Shown: one piece after another, positions 1 to 7,713 of the stretch
Layout of the letters: each line of letters begins with the position of its first letter
How positions within the stretch are numbered: the first letter of the stretch is position 1
DNA from: Candidatus Yonathbacteria bacterium CG_4_8_14_3_um_filter_46_25
Lineage (GTDB): Bacteria; Patescibacteriota; Minisyncoccia; Phycocordibacterales; UBA1539
Reading direction: 5' to 3'
DNA: 46,221 nt
NCBI GenBank assembly: GCA_002788135.1
Contig: PFQT01000040.1
Span: forward strand, 1 to 46,221
Notes under the pieces: generated by a model
Told to the model about the DNA's origin: nothing
Seen by the model: only the letters and a program-made list of their open reading frames with translations
The model's database searches: none
Position numbers and translations under genes: made by a program

Positions 1-70
1 GTTTTTCAGCAGTTTCCACGCCGCCTGCCATTTTTTGAAAATGCTCTCTTCCAAATGGTGCTTCTTTCAT
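1..70 (-). CDS. Hypothetical protein, 5' part only (runs off the window)
   Basis: ATG at 70; open frame MKEAPFGREHFQKMAGGVETAEK to the window edge. Confidence 0.45.
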   Translation of the reverse strand, partial: MKEAPFGREHFQKMAGGVETAEK

Positions 71-71
71 A

Positions 72-120
72 TATGGGGTGACATTCTGCTAAGATTGGGG
101 TGATAAAGGGTAACTGTACA
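72..120. repeat. Dispersed 49-bp repeat, copy 1 (GGGGTGAC / GGGTAAC family)
   Basis: 47/49 identical to 20810-20858. Confidence 0.9.
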
Positions 121-173
121 TTTTCTGTCGGTTTCCAGAAATTTTTATAAAATAGGTGCGAGCGATACCATAC

Positions 174-205
174 AAAATACTGGACGACCTATGAAGTCGT
201 CCAGT
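174..205 (-). terminator. Probable intrinsic terminator of the 210-665 orphan gene
   Basis: ACTGGACGAC/GTCGTCCAGT stem (179-188/196-205) followed by ATTTTGT on the minus strand. Confidence 0.55.
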
Positions 206-209
206 CTGA

Positions 210-665
210 TTACTCTCCAAACACCCATGTGTCCTCCCACTCCACCCACTCGCAAATGATGGGAGAGGCCTCAATCACCTTCCGAAAGAGGCCCAAAAAC
301 CACGGCTGGTAGTCCTCGACGATCGTGTCGTAGATGGATACGCCGACGTACCCAAACGACAGATCATAGAGGTGGCCACCATAGATATCCTCCCAGTTGC
401 CCATCTTTCCAAGGATAACATCTCCTTTGGTGTAGGTAACTAGAGGGATACTTGCCGTGGTGATGCCTGCGTCGAGGAGCATCTCGTAATCCGTCTCATC
501 TGACGGATTGACGCATTCCTCGTAAAACACCTCGCGACATTCGGGTATTAACCGAACGCCGCAATAAAGTGAGCGCAGAAATCCACGTCCACTCCGATGT
601 CCGGGGACAAGAAGCGGCCCCTTGAGTCCGAAACGCCACAACGTTCCGATTTCTCCTTCTTTCAT
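210..665 (-). CDS. Hypothetical orphan protein (151 aa)
   Basis: ORF with GAGGAG SD 6 nt before the ATG and a downstream terminator; no recognisable motif. Confidence 0.7.
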   Translation of the reverse strand: MKEGEIGTLWRFGLKGPLLVPGHRSGRGFLRSLYCGVRLIPECREVFYEECVNPSDETDYEMLLDAGITTASIPLVTYTKGDVILGKMGNWEDIYGGHLYDLSFGYVGVSIYDTIVEDYQPWFLGLFRKVIEASPIICEWVEWEDTWVFGE

Positions 666-734
666 TTTCGTCTCCTCTGGCAGTTTTCTATTCCTTTCCC
701 GTTCGGGGGAGCGCCGGTAACTCTGCCAACCGGC
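666..734 (-). promoter_or_regulatory. Structured 5' leader with candidate H-type pseudoknot abutting the SD
   Basis: Stem GCCGGU/ACCGGC (734-729/718-713); loop UGGCAG complementary to CUGCCA (683-678) directly before SD GAGGAG. Confidence 0.5.
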
Positions 735-789
735 ATTATTTCACAGACATGGATTGGTATTTTCCAGTAAAAAAAGTATAATATGTTGC

Positions 790-2010
790 ATGAAAAGTCA
801 AGACCTTGCAAAAGTGCGCTTGCCGAATTCTCCAGGGGTATATTTTTTTAGAAATGGGGCAAAAAAACCGCTCTATATCGGCAAAGCAACATCTTTGCGA
901 AGTCGTGTGCGGAGTTATTTCGATCATGACATCGCAAGAACGCGCGGACCGCATATTGAGTTGATGCTCGAAATGGCAAAGATGGTTGATTTCATCAAAA
1001 CCGATTCTGTACTCGAAGCGCTTATTCTCGAAGCTCGATTCATCAAAAAACACCAGCCGAAATACAACACCAAAGAAAAAGATGACAAAAGCTTTAATTA
1101 TGTGATTGTTACTAAAGAGGATTTTCCTCGGGTGCTTCTTGTGCGGGGAAAGAATCTCTTTGACAAGCGCCACGCGCCTGCCCACGAAATCAGGCATTCT
1201 TTTGGACCTTTTCCCAAAGGAAGGATATTGAGAGACGCTCTCAAGATTGTGCGAAAAATATTCCCGTTTCGTGATACATGCGTTCCCGGCGTTGGAAGAC
1301 CGTGTTTTAATCGGCAGATCGGACTTTGTCCGGGGGTGTGTACCGGAGAAATTACCAAGCGAGAATATGGAGAAACAATCCGTAATATCCGACTCTTTTT
1401 TGAGGGTGAGAAAAAAAATTTGCTCAAGAAACTAGAACGAGACATGAAGACGGCGGCGAAGGCACTTCGGTTCGAGCAAGCAGGGATCATTAAAAAGACC
1501 GTTTTTGCCTTTAAACATATCCACGATATCGCACTAGTAAAAAATGACAATGTTCGGCCGGAGCAAAGCGGATTTCGCATCGAAGCATACGATGTCGCGC
1601 ACCTATCAGGGAAAAATACGGTTGGAGTAATGACGGTTGCAGAAGATGGAATGGAGAAAAAAAACGAATATCGCAAGTTCAGAATACGAACTGTTGACGG
1701 CGTGAACGATACGCGGGCGCTTGCGGAGATTCTTGAACGGCGACTCGAACATTCCGAATGGCAACTCCCGAAACTTATTGTTATCGACGGAGGAGTGGCG
1801 CAAAAGAATGCGGCTGAACGGGTACTTTGCGCCGCGGGAATACGGATACCGGTCATTGGTGTGGTAAAAAACGAGCGACATCAACCAGAGCGTCTTATTG
1901 GAGATCAAAAACTGCGATCAACTCATGAGCGAAATATTGTGCTTGCAAACGCCGAAGCACACCGATTTGCCATCCAGTACCATCGAAATTTGCGCGATAA
2001 GATCAAATAA
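790..2010 (+). CDS. uvrC: Excinuclease ABC subunit C (short form)
   Basis: GIY-YIG motifs (PGVYFF, YIGKA, LRSRVRSYF, EALILEA, QPKYN), Cys cluster, UVR domain, RNase H-like (RIEAYDVAHLSG, IDGG, EAHRFA); TATAAT 777-782 before ATG 790. Confidence 0.93.
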   Translation: MKSQDLAKVRLPNSPGVYFFRNGAKKPLYIGKATSLRSRVRSYFDHDIARTRGPHIELMLEMAKMVDFIKTDSVLEALILEARFIKKHQPKYNTKEKDDKSFNYVIVTKEDFPRVLLVRGKNLFDKRHAPAHEIRHSFGPFPKGRILRDALKIVRKIFPFRDTCVPGVGRPCFNRQIGLCPGVCTGEITKREYGETIRNIRLFFEGEKKNLLKKLERDMKTAAKALRFEQAGIIKKTVFAFKHIHDIALVKNDNVRPEQSGFRIEAYDVAHLSGKNTVGVMTVAEDGMEKKNEYRKFRIRTVDGVNDTRALAEILERRLEHSEWQLPKLIVIDGGVAQKNAAERVLCAAGIRIPVIGVVKNERHQPERLIGDQKLRSTHERNIVLANAEAHRFAIQYHRNLRDKIK

Positions 2011-2051
2011 CCCTTTATGTAGTGTAGAGTAGAAAATATAATTTGAGATAT

Positions 2052-2083
2052 AAAAAACGGCCACTACAATGCTGTAGCGACCG
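2052..2083 (-). terminator. Intrinsic terminator of the 2117-2359 orphan
   Basis: Minus strand CGGUCGCUACA-GCAU-UGUAGUGGCCG then U6. Confidence 0.6.
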
Positions 2084-2116
2084 GCGGGAATTTCTTTTTG
2101 CGATTGTCAGACGTGA

Positions 2117-2359
2117 CTAGTTCAAGGACATTAGAATTCGTACATGCGGAGTTTTTGTGTTTGACCGACATGTTTCGCACCATGGATGAGCATATTCATG
2201 CGGGTACATTCCACCTTGGTGAATAGTCAGCACCATGATTATCGTAACCGCGATTGCTTCTCCAGTCGATTTGCACACATAGAATCCGTCATCATTGTGC
2301 ATGCCATGCTCCTTCAGCCACTGAAAATCTTCTGGTAAAACTTGATAAAGTGTGCGCAT
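2117..2359 (-). CDS. Small orphan protein, putative Zn-binding (CKSTG...HPWCETC)
   Basis: GGAGG SD before ATG 2359, upstream TTGACA (about 2423-2428), own terminator. Confidence 0.65.
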   Translation of the reverse strand: MRTLYQVLPEDFQWLKEHGMHNDDGFYVCKSTGEAIAVTIIMVLTIHQGGMYPHEYAHPWCETCRSNTKTPHVRILMSLN

Positions 2360-2470
2360 GACTACCTCCACAGAGTGAAAAACAAGAACCCCGTCTGTTT
2401 TCAGAGTAATACTCTAAAAAATCCTGTCAATATCTGTTTGAGCGGAATGGGACAGATAATAATTAGTCAC

Positions 2471-2929
2471 TCAGTCAAAAAGTTTTTCCACCACCTCTTT
2501 TACATCGTTACCATCAGCTCTTCCTCTTAATTCTTTCATGATGACACCGATCAGTATGCCGATTTTTGCTTTATCATCCGCACGTAACTCTTCTTTTTTT
2601 CGTTTTGCCACCGTCGCTATTTCCTCTTTGCTCATCATCTTTGGGAGATATGCTTCCAAACACGCAAGCTCGGCGCGTTCACTCTCCACGAGGTCGTTCC
2701 TTCCGCCCGCTTCAAATTGCTCGATCGAGTCTTTGTGTTGTTTTGCCATTCGTTTGATGACCGTTTCTGCCGCGTCATCCTCAAGAATCTCTTGCGGAGT
2801 GCGCTTTTTTGCCACCAGTTCATTGATAAACGCGGCGAGGATTCTGCGCAAGACACCCAAACGTATAGTATCTTTCGCAAGCATTGCTTTCTTGATCTCT
2901 TCTTTTATCGTTTCGTGGATCGTGTTCAT
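2471..2929 (-). CDS. GatB/YqeY domain protein
   Basis: IKKAMLAKD...KQHKDSIEQFEAGGRNDL..E.AEL..L..YLP...GVIMKELRGRADG..V YqeY signature. Confidence 0.92.
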   Translation of the reverse strand: MNTIHETIKEEIKKAMLAKDTIRLGVLRRILAAFINELVAKKRTPQEILEDDAAETVIKRMAKQHKDSIEQFEAGGRNDLVESERAELACLEAYLPKMMSKEEIATVAKRKKEELRADDKAKIGILIGVIMKELRGRADGNDVKEVVEKLFD

Positions 2930-3060
2930 GGTTAATGGCCGATTAGCCGGCACGTTTAATTATACAACGACTGTCGATATATGCCACATGTCGTTTTTCT
3001 TTGTGGTATACTGCGTACGGTAATAATCAGAGTAAAATCATAATCAAAGACAGTGCTTTT

Positions 3061-3810
3061 ATGTCACAATACTACAACCCGAAAAGAACGAAATTCCTTT
3101 ATGATCCGGCGAGTGTCGCCCCATTCAAGATCAGTCGTTCAAAAATAGATCTCTTCCTTGAGTGCCCGCTTTGTTTTTATCTCGACCGAAGACGCGGGGT
3201 CGGAAGACCGCCCGGTTTCCCGTTTTCTCTCAACTCCGCCGTCGATAAACTGCTCAAAAAGGAATTCGATCTCTATCGGGCGCGACAAAAACCGCATCCT
3301 CTAATGAAGCATTATGGCGTTGCCGCACATCCGTTTGCGCATAAAGACCTCGATAAATGGCGTGAGAACTTTGTTGGTGTGCAATACCGCCACGCACCGA
3401 CCAATTTCATCGTTACCGGCGCGGTTGACGATGTGTGGGTGAATGACAACAAAGAGCTTATCGTGGTTGATTATAAGGCGACCAGTAAAGACGGGGAAGT
3501 GAATATCGATGCCGATTGGCAGATCGGGTATAAGCGTCAAATGGAAGTTTACCAGTGGCTTTTGCGTAACAACGGGCATGATGTTTCAAGTACGGGGTAT
3601 TTTGTATATTGCAACGGCAATACGGACAAAAAATCGTTTGACGCGAAGCTTGAATTTGATATAAAATTGATTCCTTATACGGGAAATGACGATTGGGTAG
3701 AGCGTACACTGATGAACGCGCACGCGTGTCTTCGCGCGGATATGGCGCCAGCTTCGGCACTTGACTGTGATTATTGTCAGTATCGTAATGCTGTTGCTAA
3801 AGCTCTGTAG
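3061..3810 (+). CDS. PD-(D/E)XK nuclease family protein (RecB/Cas4-like fold)
   Basis: SRSKIDLFLECP, GAVDD, VVDYKAT, QMEVY, C-terminal CDYC. Confidence 0.85.
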   Translation: MSQYYNPKRTKFLYDPASVAPFKISRSKIDLFLECPLCFYLDRRRGVGRPPGFPFSLNSAVDKLLKKEFDLYRARQKPHPLMKHYGVAAHPFAHKDLDKWRENFVGVQYRHAPTNFIVTGAVDDVWVNDNKELIVVDYKATSKDGEVNIDADWQIGYKRQMEVYQWLLRNNGHDVSSTGYFVYCNGNTDKKSFDAKLEFDIKLIPYTGNDDWVERTLMNAHACLRADMAPASALDCDYCQYRNAVAKAL

Positions 3811-3840
3811 AGCCATATTATTGAGTTTTTATATAAGCAC

Positions 3841-3912
3841 TTGACAAAAAATGATTCGCATGGTTGTATAAGGAGAGGGAAGGGAAACGCTTCTTGAAAG
3901 AAAGGAGGGGTT
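3841..3912 (+). promoter_or_regulatory. Sigma70-type promoter region and strong SD (AAAGGAGG) of the acyltransferase cassette
   Basis: TTGACA at 3841, TGTATAAG about 3865-3872, AAAGGAGGGG 3901-3910. Confidence 0.55.
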
Positions 3913-4479
3913 ATGTTATCTGTAAAGGTGCTCCTTAGGGGATCGGACGATCCTTTGAGGGCGAAGTTTCTGGCCCTTCGGCGGGCCGTGTACTGCGATC
4001 GTCTCGGGTACGAAACGCCCGAGACGGAAGCAGACAACCACGATGAATGTGCCACATTTGTCGTGGTGGTAGACGGGGCGGCGGTAGTGGCCGGGTGTCG
4101 CATCGTATGCGGACGCGACGTGACGCTCCCCATGCAGGAACGCCTGCCGGGGATTTCGGTTCCACAAAACGTTGCGGAGGTGAGCAGGGCAATCGTGGCA
4201 TCACGGTCGCCGTGCGTTGACCTCCTGTTGTACGCTGGAATATTTCGGCACCTCTTCCGCAAACGGTACGTGGCGGGAGTGGCGCTCTTTGACCTTGCGT
4301 ATTACCGCAAGGTAAACGGGATCTTTCCCGGCTTCTTCCGGAAAATCGCGGAAGAGGAGTGGGAACATGCCGGTGTCCGGCATATTCCCATCGTGGGGTA
4401 CCTGAAAGACTTTCGGCAGTATGCTGAGAGTCTGATCCCACGGATCGGGCGCGCCGATCCGCATCCGGAGGCTGTTTAG
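3913..4479 (+). CDS. GNAT-fold acyltransferase, LuxI/FeeM-like (AHL synthase or N-acyl amino acid synthase family)
   Basis: LRRAVYCDRLGY..E.D.HD, VVAGCRIV, EVSR motifs; visibly GC-richer than the flanks. Confidence 0.72.
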   Translation: MLSVKVLLRGSDDPLRAKFLALRRAVYCDRLGYETPETEADNHDECATFVVVVDGAAVVAGCRIVCGRDVTLPMQERLPGISVPQNVAEVSRAIVASRSPCVDLLLYAGIFRHLFRKRYVAGVALFDLAYYRKVNGIFPGFFRKIAEEEWEHAGVRHIPIVGYLKDFRQYAESLIPRIGRADPHPEAV

Positions 4480-4484
4480 TTTAT

Positions 4485-4522
4485 ACCGCCCTGCACCACA
4501 ATTGGTGTAGGGCGGTTTTTTT
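4485..4522 (+). terminator. Intrinsic terminator
   Basis: ACCGCCCTGCACCA/TGGTGTAGGGCGGT stem plus T-run. Confidence 0.85.
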
Positions 4523-4539
4523 ATATTTCCTCCCCATTA

Positions 4540-4572
4540 TCCATTATACGACTTGCGATGTCGTATAATGGA
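4540..4572. repeat. 13-bp inverted repeat containing Xer/dif-arm-like ATGTCGTATAA
   Basis: TCCATTATACGAC-N7-GTCGTATAATGGA. Confidence 0.6.
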
Positions 4573-4717
4573 GAGACTCTAGGGTAGCAAGTCTCATAAT
4601 CTTCTCTTCAATATGTTAAGCATATCATGCTTCTTGGCGTATCGAAGCTTGTATTCTTTAAAGTGAAGTAAAAATATTTTTCTCAATGCCCAGTTGAGTT
4701 TCGCAAGCCACCATTCT

Positions 4718-4780
4718 GCTGAAAAGGTCGGACCTTTTACCCAAGGAAACCCTTGCATGAGCGCGAGGACCGACCTTGCG
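4718..4780. repeat. Cluster of REP-like AAGGTCGG(A/T)CCTT palindromes
   Basis: AAAAGGTCGGACCTTTT 4722-4738, CAAGGAAACCCTTG 4742-4755, CGCGAGGACCGACCTTGCG 4762-4780; 21 nt identical to 39567-39587. Confidence 0.75.
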
Positions 4781-4881
4781 GAAGATAACTATAAGGCATT
4801 TCTAGATTTTAGTATTGATTTACTACTTAAGAGCCTTATTAGAATTAAGGGAAATGAAGAAAGCGTGTTATAATGAGCATT

Positions 4882-5976
4882 ATGAATGGGACATTTTTAG
4901 GATATGTCATTTTAGGAATTGTAATCGGTGCGATATGCGCCGCTTTTTTGGTGTTCTATTTTGGCCGTCGGCGCGAAAGTGGGAATGGAAACAATCTTCT
5001 TCTTTTGCAAAACCAAATGAATGAACTTTCAAAAGTGATCGACACGCGTCTTAGTGAATCGCGCAAGGATATGCGCGAAGCAGTGCAGACACAATTTAGC
5101 GAATCTCAAAAGCTAGTACGAAATATCAATGAACAAGTGACGAAGCAATTAGTCGAGGTTACAAAGGGCGTCACGGAAGCAAACGAAGCGAGCAAGCAGG
5201 TGTTTTCGATTGCCGAAGGGCTTCAGAATCTCGAGAAAGTGCTCAAACATCAGAAGCAGCGGGGAAATCTTGGAGAAGCGAGTCTTAAACTCTCACTCGG
5301 CAATATTCTTTCTCCCGACGACTATCAGACGCAGTATCTCTTTGAAAACGGCGACCAAGTGGACGCGGTGATAAAAACCAAAGAAGGTCTTATCCCCATT
5401 GACGCGAAATTCTCGCTTGATAATTACAATCGTATCGTCAATGAAAGCGATGAAGATCGAAAAACGGCTTTGGAAAAAGAGTTTCGCAACGATCTGAAAA
5501 AACGAATAGATGAAACGGCGAAATACATCAGACCAAAAGAGGGGACACTACCATTCGCATTCATGTTTATCCCCGCCGAGGGGATATATTACGATCTTTT
5601 GGTTAACGAGATCGGCGCGGTCAAGGTTAACACGCGCAGTCTGATCGATTACGCGTATCGAGAAAAAAAAGTTATTATCGCGTCGCCGACAACATTCGTC
5701 GCGTATCTGCACGCCGTGGCGCACGCGCTCAACGCGTTCAAGTTCGAAAAGAATCTTGAGGGGATCAGGACGAATGTGGACAAGCTCATGCGGCATCTGA
5801 AAGCATACGACGAATATTTCAAAAAAGTCGGGAAGTCGCTCGGTACGACTGTTGGGCATTACAACTTGGCATCAAAAGAACTTGGTAAGGTTGACAAAGA
5901 TATACTGCACATCACCGGTGATGCGATAGGAATGGAAGCGGAATTGTTGGAGCGGCCGAGCGGATCCGACGAATAA
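4882..5976 (+). CDS. rmuC: DNA recombination protein RmuC
   Basis: N-terminal TM, coiled coil, RGNLGE..L, VDAVIK, PIDAKF, KYIRP..GT..FAFMFIPAEGIY, SPTT. Confidence 0.92.
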   Translation: MNGTFLGYVILGIVIGAICAAFLVFYFGRRRESGNGNNLLLLQNQMNELSKVIDTRLSESRKDMREAVQTQFSESQKLVRNINEQVTKQLVEVTKGVTEANEASKQVFSIAEGLQNLEKVLKHQKQRGNLGEASLKLSLGNILSPDDYQTQYLFENGDQVDAVIKTKEGLIPIDAKFSLDNYNRIVNESDEDRKTALEKEFRNDLKKRIDETAKYIRPKEGTLPFAFMFIPAEGIYYDLLVNEIGAVKVNTRSLIDYAYREKKVIIASPTTFVAYLHAVAHALNAFKFEKNLEGIRTNVDKLMRHLKAYDEYFKKVGKSLGTTVGHYNLASKELGKVDKDILHITGDAIGMEAELLERPSGSDE

Positions 5977-6047
5977 TCGCGAAAACTCAGGGCAAAAATG
6001 AGGTTATTATGCGTATGTGGTCATTTATGGTGTAGTGCCATAAAGTG

Positions 6048-6202
6048 TTGACAAATCGTACTCTGCGCATAATATCAACAACGAACAGAGGATTCCTTAT
6101 GTCCTCTAAAGATATCGTAGTAAGAATCCTGGAAGGGACACTTAACCAAGGCCTTATTCGTAGGTCGGTTTTCCCGGTTAAGCGTCCCTTTCAGGATTTT
6201 TT
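6048..6202 (+). ncRNA. Candidate small RNA or attenuator with its own promoter
   Basis: TTGACA 6048, TAATAT 6070; hairpin AGAGGA/TCCTCT (6087-6107); long stem 6125-6147/6176-6198 ending in a T-run. Confidence 0.55.
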
Positions 6203-6317
6203 CGTTTAGTTAGTATTGACACTTTTCTTTCATTATATCATGTATATTAATCAACAACAAAAAATATTAACAACGTTTTATGATGGTATAGCATTAAAAA
6301 CGTACACTTTTAAATTA

Positions 6318-6600
6318 ACGCCTTGATCTGACGGGGAAACCAGTTGAAGGCGATTGTTTTCCATGCAGTTTCCTCAAGAAATAATAGTTTAATTACGCAA
6401 CCCGAAGACCATCGACGGCCATGCCGTCCACATGGTCTTTTTGTTTTTTGAAAATTGCATAAGTGAATAGAGTTTAAACGGCATCTCGTGACGTTTTATT
6501 CGTCGCTTACATTCTACCTTTCCAAGTTACGAGCTGGCGTTTGGACTTTAATAAGTTCAAGTGAGGTCGATACGGTACCCACGGGTGCTTTTTATTACCA
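6318..6600 (+). promoter_or_regulatory. Long structured leader of the surface-fibre locus
   Basis: Hairpin CGCCTT..GGAAAC..AAGGCG (6319-6352); terminator-like AAGACCAT..GACGGC-CAT-GCCGTC..ATGGTCTT plus T-run (6405-6449) enclosed by 6363-6384/6441-6460 pairing. Confidence 0.5.
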
Positions 6601-6619
6601 GAATAATTCGATAAATACT

Positions 6620-7024
6620 ATGAACAAGATCATTGCGGGAGTAGCGACGGCGACATTGTTCGCAATAGCTTCACCGGTATTCGCTTCTACTGGCCATGGA
6701 TGGTTTTATAGCAACAACGGAGGCGATATTACGGTGACGAATAACAACAGTGCGCATGTCCAGAACACGGTAGCTGTCAACGCAAACACTGGTTACAACA
6801 CCGCTGACGGCGGAAATGGCGACCAGGGTGGCAACGGCGGAAACGCGACGGGTAGCCATGTCTGGTGGTGGTTCCAAAACAACGGAGCCGCTAATGCTGG
6901 CAATGCCGGGAATGGCGGAGCTGGCGGTACTGGCGGTTTGGTTGTGACCGGACACGCGGATGCGCTTTCCGATATTGCGAATGTTGTAAACACCAACATT
7001 ACTCGCATCACACGGGGTTTGTAA
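6620..7024 (+). CDS. Small secreted Gly/Asn-rich protein with one 'TGNA-type' repeat (candidate fibre major subunit)
   Basis: Signal peptide MNKIIAGVATATLFAIASPVFA; NNNSAHVQNTVAVNANTGYN...VVTGHADALSDIANVVNTN. Confidence 0.8.
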   Translation: MNKIIAGVATATLFAIASPVFASTGHGWFYSNNGGDITVTNNNSAHVQNTVAVNANTGYNTADGGNGDQGGNGGNATGSHVWWWFQNNGAANAGNAGNGGAGGTGGLVVTGHADALSDIANVVNTNITRITRGL

Positions 7025-7045
7025 TTCCGTCTATATTCAGTGGAT

Positions 7046-7072
7046 TTTATTGAACACCGAGTGTCCAATAAA
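7046..7072. repeat. REP-like palindrome TTTATTGGACAC-CGA-GTGTCCAATAAA, copy 1 (1 mismatch)
   Basis: TTTATTGAACACCGAGTGTCCAATAAA; three more copies in the window. Confidence 0.88.
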
Positions 7073-7203
7073 CTGGGTAACGAGTAACGAAGCGTGAGGA
7101 GTTGGAATCGAGTCTTGCTCCTCCCTTCGGATAAGCCAGTCGATGCGTTCTTCGCGGCTGAAGATACCAATTGCTGGTTTATGCGAGGGTATTCATTATC
7201 AAT

Positions 7204-7713
7204 ATGCATATATCGGTAAAAAAGTTACGTTTCTTGTCATTGGCGGGCGTCGCCCTTGTTTTTGGAGGATTCCCTTTGTGTGTTGCGGCGGATTCGGTTG
7301 ATATTATCAACACGGTATCGGTTAGAGCGTCGAGCGGGAATGGGGGAAATGCGAAAGGGAGCGTCCATATCGAAACTATTGTCAATGGAACCACTGTTGA
7401 ATCGATTGATGAGTATGCGGAGGATCCTATGAATGTCCGGATTGAGAAAACGAGCGAGATACGCACCAATACCGTGGTTGCCTCCATCGTGGCTGACGAT
7501 ACGGCTCTGATGGCGGGAGCGACGACCACAGCGGAAAACACCGCTTTCGTAAAGAGAGATACTTTTCCCGGGGACCACGGACTTGGACAAACGGAAATCG
7601 AGGTTGAGGAAACACCCGCCGCTTTAGAACAAGCTTCACTATCGTTTGGCCAATCGATTGTTTTAGCTTTTAATCATCTTCTCTCATATGTTTTTTCATT
7701 CTTTAACGCGTAA
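7204..7713 (+). CDS. Secreted or membrane-associated hypothetical protein with a partial repeat
   Basis: N-terminal signal/TM, IINTVSVRASSGNGG half-repeat, amphipathic C-terminus; overlaps the next gene. Confidence 0.75.
   Translation: MHISVKKLRFLSLAGVALVFGGFPLCVAADSVDIINTVSVRASSGNGGNAKGSVHIETIVNGTTVESIDEYAEDPMNVRIEKTSEIRTNTVVASIVADDTALMAGATTTAENTAFVKRDTFPGDHGLGQTEIEVEETPAALEQASLSFGQSIVLAFNHLLSYVFSFFNA

Noticed and set aside
6319..6460. c-di-GMP-I riboswitch in the fibre leader
   Set aside because: A GAAA-type hairpin is present but the GGCAAAC...GACGCAAAG consensus is not
6488..6619. N-terminal extensions in the ORF track (also uvrC, recR, corA, 21712, 25458, 30783, 37894)
   Set aside because: Signal peptides, family N-termini and -10 positions point to downstream starts
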